NCBI RefSeq assembly: GCF_009914755.1
Contig: NC_060931.1
Origin: the human T2T-CHM13v2.0 reference genome, Homo sapiens
Strand: one strand, 5' to 3'
DNA: 64,000 nucleotides
Shown here: one piece after another, positions 56,801 through 64,000 of the stretch
Layout of the letters: every line of letters begins with the position of its first letter
Numbering within the stretch: the first letter of the stretch is position 1
Translations under genes and position numbers: made by a program
The notes under the pieces: model-generated
What the model was told of the DNA's origin: nothing
Seen by the model: the letters and a program-made list of their open reading frames with translations, nothing else
Database searches by the model: none

Positions 56801-59275
56801 GTCCCATGTGAGATAGGATATCCCAGCTGATGCCTCACAAATCCTCGCACTTGCTGCCTCTCATTGTACCTCCTATTTCTATCTTCAGTAAAGGCTTGAG
56901 GCTATTTGGAGCCCAGAAGCCAGCAGCTGAAGGAAACAGGCAATTGGCCAGGCCAGCTCCTCAGCCCAAGGAAGGCAGGCCTGGGGCAATGCCCACTGGC
57001 CAGTAACGTCAGAGGGCCCATTGGAAACACATCTAAGTCCCCGTGACTCACAACTGTCATAGCTGTGAAGTAGTGTCATCTTTCTTCCTGAAGATTTCCT
57101 GTATCACCCCAGGAGCAGAAGGGATGATTGATTTTTGCTCTGGAAATAAGTAATGGGTCACTGGGGACATGAATAGAACTATAACTTCCTTAAGAAGCAA
57201 TCTCTCTTAAGAAATTACAAAGCAAGCGGCTCCCCTGCTCAATGGTGTCTGTGGCATTGTACTCCCAGTCTTTCAGGATAAGTCTAAAACAGTTTGGCAC
57301 TCAATTCCAAGCTCACCTATGGAAAAGGAGGAACTCCAAAATCTGTAGAATAAATAAAGTAATGAGGTATGCCTACTGTAAATGGAGAAAATCCAGCCAG
57401 TATTATTGAAAACTTTCAGGCTTTAAAATTTATAACATGGAAAGCTATACTATACTGAAGTATCTGAGTCTCCCCAAAAACAATGACGTTAGGGAGGAAA
57501 TCAAATGAGAGGAATCTAAGATTGACAGTTCAACTAGCCAAATCGCCAAATAATCTGCAGTCACAGAGGGATAGTGGACTGTTATTAAATAAACCCCTGG
57601 TGAATTTTCTTTATTAAAGAGCAAGAAGTCAGCAGGTTTCAAAGCCCCAGGAATGTAGGGATGTAGACCCTTTCAGCGACAGCTAAAAGTGAGAGTTAGG
57701 AAGGGTATAAAACCTCTGCTCCCCGTTCACGAGAAAGCCAGCCCTGGAGAGGGAGGCACCAGGCGGCAGCCCCACTCTGCACCACACAACACTCTGTTAC
57801 TCCCGCCTGGCCTATTAGTCTCTCCCTTAGCCTGACCTAAGTAACTCTAACCCAAGTAAGGAGAAAATCAAAGTTGGGAATTTCAGCATTCCTGAACAAG
57901 AAAGTTCGAGGGACAGTCTGCAAAAAGTAAGCCCCAAGATCAAGGAAAGGGAATGAGATCTGGACACAGAGCTGCACTCAACATCTAGCATGACTCTCAG
58001 CAGGATGCACCACTGGGCACAGCAGTGTCTACGCTTGTCCAGCAGACATGTCAGGGTGAGCTTGCTCTCGGCAGAAGAGAGAAACCTCCCACTAAGGGAA
58101 GAAGGAGCTGGGTGCATGAGATTGGCCCAGTAAGACAAACCTTCTCATCAAAATAAGAGGGGCAGCTCTCACAGTATTGTGGTCTTGGTCACTTGTGTTT
58201 GTCCCCTGAGTCAGTTTCCATGGACTCCCATTTAAACCCTGGAGTCAGGCAGGCAGGGTCACTAGAAGTCTGTGAGGCATTAGGACTACTCTGTCCCCCT
58301 CTGACAAAATATAACACAGATGGAGAAAGAGGTGCTGATGACCCTTAAATCTCCAAAGGCCTGAATGGGGGTGGCCCAGAGCAACAAACTGCCTACTTGC
58401 AACAAGCCCACTTGCAGAAGACAGGACTTCGGCGGGAGAGGAGACCAACCACTCCTGAGGACCTGCCCCTTGCTGCCTCTCATTGCACCTACTGTTTCTA
58501 TCATTGATAAAGGAAAGATGTTGCATGCACCACTCTATTTCGCATTTAAGGTCAAGGTTCTGGGGAAATGAGTCCCACAACACTGGCAGGAAGAACGTCT
58601 ACTCCATGACAGGGCTGCCACAGTATGGTAGCAGACAGGACTTTTCATCAATGACAGCCTCTGGAAACCATGGGGAGAAAGTGTCCTGCATAACCAAGCG
58701 GAGGCAAAAACCAGGGAAGCATGGATTAGACAATGAAACAGTTCAAGTGAAACAACAAAACAATCAAGGTGGGGGGACATAAAGGCCCAGTCATTCATAG
58801 TACTGCAAAGTGATTAATCTAAAATGCAAATTTGATGACATCAGATCCTGTTTAAAATCTCTGCCTTTTCTCCATTCCCACAGATCCTCTCCTATCAGAC
58901 ATAATGAACTACTGCTAGGATTATTGCAGTAGTCTTCTGTCAACAGTCTCACCTCACTGCACTCCCCCACTTCCCCACTGCTTTCACAACAATCCGTGTA
59001 AATCTCCAAACTCTTCAGGGCCCTCCTTATCTCTAGCAATGTTCCTTGACTTCCTACACCCTTGGGGCAAAAGTCTACACACATTATAGGCCTTATAACA
59101 GCCTCCATCCATTCATTCACTCATTTAAAAAATATTTATCAAGTGCCAACTCCATCCCAGACTACTGCTAAGAGTGGTAGGGAACAGTAAACCAAACACC
59201 AAAAGTCCCTGACTTTAGGAAGTTACATTCTATGGGCAAAATTTAGCACCCCTCTGTGTTCAGCTCTTCTGCATT

Positions 59276-59485
59276 CAGTGGTGTAGGCACAGGCTTTTAC
59301 CAGCTCATGGAGACCAAGGGTGCACATCTCTTCCCAACTCTGCATTCAGTGATATTGCTTTGGTAGCTTGAAATCAACCTGGGTGGAAATATTTACACCA
59401 TGGAAATCAGCAGTCACTACAAATAAGCAGACACTAGGCTTTTTCTTTTTCAGGAACAGGTTATTGAACATTTACCAGCATACTT
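59276..59485. mobile_element. MER63-like hAT element
   Basis: CAGTGGTGT..., GGAAATATTTACACCATGGAAATCAGC, AACATTTACCAGCA. Confidence 0.55.
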
Positions 59486-60329
59486 TTGTACCTTAGCCCA
59501 GGCTGCTCTCTGTGCCTAGAAATCTCTTCTTCTTGTCATCTGCCTGATGAATACCTACCTTCAAGACTTAATTCAAATATCAAAGCAGTTTTGGACCCAA
59601 GAGGGCGAGCAGACTCCTCCTCCCTCTGAGCTGCCTCTGTACCATGCGCACACCCAGAACACCTTCAGCAGTTACCTAGTCATGTGACTGTCACCCCACT
59701 GTACTGTAAATTTCTTGGAGCCAGGGATGAGTCAGGCATGACTCATCAATATCCCCAGCCCCTGGTACAGTGCCTGGCCCAGTTCCTGGACCACTGTAAA
59801 ATAAATTCCTGTTGAATACATTTGGAGCCAGGAAAAAATATGTATCTTATTTTAACAGCTGTCATCAGACTTCATTTTAGGAAAGGAATCAAGTATGAGG
59901 TTGAATGAGCCCAAATTGTGGAAATGACCATGGGATATTTAGGTATAGTAATATGTAACATTGAGATTTCCTTTTCTGAGCTAAAATTATTCCATACCTA
60001 CAAGATATTCACAATGTGAATGCCTTATGTAAATGGTTGGACTGGTGAATGTTAAGAAAAATGGCTGAGTTCTGTAACTGAGTTAATGGGGTGCAGAACA
60101 GGGAAGACACGAGCAACAAGCACGGTGATCCCTAGACTGAATTTGCTCAGAATAAGGAGGCTGGAGCCAGAAGTGACCACAATTAATAAGCCCCCCGGGA
60201 ATTTATGAAAATCTTGTGAAGCTCTAGATACTTCAGAATCCTTGGACTAGGGCTTTAAATTCATCTCATCTAGACATGAAAAAACAGGGTGGCCTAATTT
60301 GACAGCTTAATCAGGAAGAAGTGGGTAAC

Positions 60330-60440
60330 ATGGATGGATGGATGGATGGATGGATGGATGGATGGATGGATGGATGGATAGATGGATGGACGGATAGATG
60401 GATGGATGGATGAAAGGAACGGTAGATGAATGGATAGATG
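60330..60440. repeat. (TGGA)n tetranucleotide repeat
   Basis: Direct reading. Confidence 0.92.
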
Positions 60441-60495
60441 CATATCTGAAAGCAGAGGTTGTGAATGGCTTAGTAGTGGAGGTGGCAAGTGAGAT

Positions 60496-63240
60496 TATAT
60501 TAGGCCATTCTTGCATTGATATAAAGAAGTATCTGGGGCTGGGTAACTTACAGATAAAAGAGATTTAATTGGTTCATGGTTCTGCAGGCTTTACAGGAAG
60601 CATGATGCTGTCATCTGCTTCTGCTGAGGGCCTCACTAATCTTACAATAATGGCGGAAGGTGACAGGGAGCCAGCATGTCACATGGCAAGAGAGAGAGGG
60701 AGAAGGCACCACACTCTTTTAAACAACCAGATCTCATGTGAACTACCAGAGCAAGAACTCACTCATCATTAGGGGATGGGGCTAAGACAGTCAGGAGGGA
60801 TCCACCCCAATGACACAAACATCTCCCACTAGGCCCCATCTCCAACATTGGGGATTACATTTCAACATGAGATTTGGAGGGGACAGACACCTAAGCCATA
60901 TCATTTCATCTCTGGCCCCCAAATATCATGTCCTTCTCACATTACAAAATACAATCATACCTTTCCAGTAGTTCCCCGAAGTCTTAAGTCTTTCCAGCAT
61001 CAAGTCCAAAGTCTTAAGTCTCATCAGAGACTCATTCTCCTTCCACCATGAGCCTGTAAAATCAAAGACAAGTTATTTCCTTCAAAGATACAATGGTGGT
61101 AAAAGCATTGGGTAAACTTTCCCATTCCAAAAGAAAGAAATTCACCAAAAGAAAGGAGTAATAGGCACCACACAAGTCTAAAACCAAGCAGGACAGTCAT
61201 TGCATTTAAAGCTCCAAAATAATCTCCTTTGACTTCATGTCCCACACCCTGGTATGAGGGGTGGGCTCCCAAGGCCTTGGGCAGATCCACCCCTGTGGCT
61301 TTGCAGTGTACAGCACACATGGCTGTTCTCAAGGGTTGGAGTGGAGTGCTTGTGGCTTTTCCAAGCAGAGTTTGCAAGCTGCCAATCTACCATTCTGGGG
61401 TCTGGAAGGCAGTGGCCCCCTTCCCATAGATCCACTAGGCAGTGTCCCAGTGGGGACTCTGTGTAGAGGCTCCAATCCCACATTTCCCCCTTCCATTGCC
61501 CTAGTAGAGTTTCTCTGTTGGGGCTCCACCCTGCAACAGGCTTCTGCCTGGGCACCCAAACTCTTCCATAATCCTCTGAAATCTAGGTGGAAGCCTCATT
61601 CATGCTTACATTCTGAGCATCTGAAGACTTAACATCATGTGACAACTGCCGAGGCATGGCTTGCACCCTCTAGAGCTGCAGCCCAAGCTGAACCTTGGTC
61701 CCTTTGAGTCATGGCAGAAGCCAGAGTGGCCAGGATGCAGGGAGCAGTGTGGCAGCACAGGGAAGCAAGGCCCTGGGCCTGGCCCCCTAAGCCACTTTTC
61801 TCCTAGGCCTCTGGGCCTATGATGGAAGGGACTGCCCCAAGACTTCTAAAGTGCCTTCAAGGCCTTTTTCCCATTGTCTTAGATATTAACACTTGGCTCC
61901 CTTTAGGTCAGGCTAATCTCCCTAGCAAGTGGTTGCTCCACAGCCTGCTCGAATTTCTCTCCTGAAAATGATTTTATTTCCTGCACATGGCCTGTGTATT
62001 TGTCCATTTTCATGCTGCTGATAGAGACATACCCGAGACTGCATGGTCTATACAGGAAAAAGGATTTAAGGGACTTACAGTTCCACATGGCTGGGGAGGC
62101 CTCACAATCATGATGGAAGGCAAGGAGGAGCAAGTTATGTCTTACATGGATGGTAGCAGGCAAAGAGAGAGAGAACTCCTCTTTATAAAATGATCAGGTC
62201 TTGTGAGACTTATTCATTTTCATGAGAACAGCACAGGAAAGACTTCCCCCCATGACTGAATTATCTCACACTTGGTCTGTCTCACAACACATGGGAATTC
62301 AAGATGAGATCTGGGTGAGGACACAGCCCACTCATATCAGCCAGCATGAAAATTTTCCAAACTCTTAAGCTCTGCTTCCCTTTTAAATATAAGGTCCAGT
62401 TTCAGGTCATTTCTTTGCTCGCACATATAAGCATTGGCTGTTCGAATCAACTAGGCCACTTCTGGAACACTTTGCTGCTTAGAAATTTCTACTGCTAGAT
62501 ACCCTAGGTCATCACTCTTAAGTTGAAACTTCCACAGAGCCTTAGGGCCTGGACAAAATGCAGCCAAGCTCTTTACTAAAGCATAACATGGGTGACTTTA
62601 CTCCAGTTCCTAATAACTTCATTTCCATCTGAGACCTCATCAGCCTGGACTTCAATATCTCTATCAGCATTTTGGTCACAACCATTTAGCCAGTCTACAA
62701 GTTGCAAACTTTTCTTCATCTTCCTGTCTTCTTCTGAAACTTCGAAATTCTTCCAATCTCTGCCCATTACCCAGTTCCAATGCTGGATCCACATTTTTAG
62801 GTATCTTTATAGCAATGCCCCTCTCCTCAGTACTTATTTTGTATTATGCCATTCTTGCATTGCTATAAAAAAGTACCTGAGGCTGGCTAATTTATAGAGA
62901 AAAAAAGGTTTAATTGGCTCATGATTCTGCAGGCTTTACATGAAGCATGGTGCTGGCACCCGCTTCTGGGGAGCCCTCAGGGAGCTTACACCATGGTGAA
63001 AGGTGAAGGGGGAGCCAATGTGTCACATGGTCAGAGCAGGAGCAAGAGAGAGACAGAGGTATCACACTCTTTTAAACAACCAGATCTCACATGAACTACC
63101 AGAGCAAGAACTCACTCTTCACCAAGTGGATAGGGCTAAGCCATTCATGAGGGAGCCACCTCCTACCAGGCTGCCCTTCCAACATTGGGGGTTACATTTC
63201 AACATGAGATTTGGAGGGGACAAACATCCAAACCATAACA
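60496..63240 (-). mobile_element. MaLR (MST-family) provirus, LTR-internal-LTR
   Basis: Two related LTRs (60496-60903 and 62840-63240) flank MaLR internal sequence. 5-bp TSD GAGAT at 60491-60495 and 63241-63245. Confidence 0.88.
61995..62339 (-). mobile_element. THE1-type solo LTR nested in the MST internal region
   Basis: TGTATTTGTCCATTTTCATGCTGCTGAT...CATATCA; TSD GCCTG/GCCAG. Confidence 0.85.
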
Positions 63241-64000
63241 GAGATGAATGCCAAGACAGCTGGACTAGGTGGGGCAAGCCAGGAACAGGCTTCAGAAACA
63301 GCCTAGGCAGGAGGCAGGAAGACAAGACGGCAGGAAGCAGTGCAGAACAAAGCAGGCTCCTCATCATTCAACCTCCCCTGAGTGCAGCAAAGGGGCCTTA
63401 TTGTCAGCCCCTAACTGATCATTGATAACTAAAGTTACAACAACTCATACCTGTAAGGGCCATGGTGAGTTAGAGCTGGCAAGAGCCCTAATGATACACA
63501 GTCTTCTCTTGAAAGAGGAGAAGACTGAGGCCCAGAGAAGTGAGTAAATTTCCCAACAAGCAGAGAGTTGAGACTGGAATCTGGCTTCCCACCCCAGCCC
63601 AGTGCTCTTGGAACCAGAGGACGGTCCTCACCCAGTCAGCTAAGGGGAGCCTTGGCATGCTGGCCACCACCAGCCCAGTGATGCTAGGAAAGTTGCAGTG
63701 CTTATCTATCTGTGTGTGCCTCCCTTTGTTCAAATGTAATGTAGAAACAATAATACTGCCTTTCAGGATCTTCCTGTAAGAATTAAATTACTTAATATTT
63801 TAAAACATAGTGGTGTCATATTTGAGCTCACATTACCCTAAGATTCACCCTACCATCAGGCTGCTACAAGGAATTCAAAGATTCCTGGGTAGAGACCTGA
63901 TGAAAATGGGCACCGGTTAAAATAAAAAAAGGAGGGATAATTTGGGGGTGGGGGTGTCATTTACGTTGTCCCCAGGTCCTACCCCTGGAATTGCGCAAGG

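Noticed and set aside
54000-60300. Many 60-150-aa ORFs in the right-hand region
   Set aside because: No homology recognised and no coherent exon chain. The region is a mix of old LTR, L2 and DNA-transposon fragments.

Overview
Human genomic DNA: an AluYb8 and an SVA are present, and the miR-550 hairpin matches my recollection of MIR550A2 at 7p14.3. I see no intact protein-coding gene. The window is a segmental-duplication mosaic. (1) An unprocessed DPY19L2-type pseudogene runs on the minus strand, probably the locus annotated DPY19L1P1. Recognisable exons are 1 (41090-41376), 2 (38872-38896), 4 (34869-35003), 5 (5967-6087) and 6 (3136-3230); exon 3 was not found. (2) Nested antisense inside its intron 4 is a 5' fragment of ZNRF2 (ZNRF2P1): CpG island, frameshifted exon 1 (8190-8629) and intron-1 sequence carrying the miR-550a-2/550b-2 hairpin (12574-12670). 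(3) The same intron holds a full-length SVA and an AluYb8. (4) An LTR2C-like solo LTR splits the DPY19L2-type promoter island and offers a poly(A) site for an antisense RNA. The rest is repeat-dense (Alu, L1, L2, MIR, MaLR, DNA transposons), including a complete MST provirus with a nested THE1 LTR. Nearly all ORFs in the supplied track are repeat-derived or GC-rich artefacts. I cannot claim a wholly new system. The best leads are the nested, potentially bidirectional ZNRF2 promoter/miRNA cassette, an orphan polyadenylated mRNA-end fragment at a junction near 22.9-23.05 kb, and an exon-like segment at 46193-46505. Gene and repeat names come from recall of parent sequences, not database searches.
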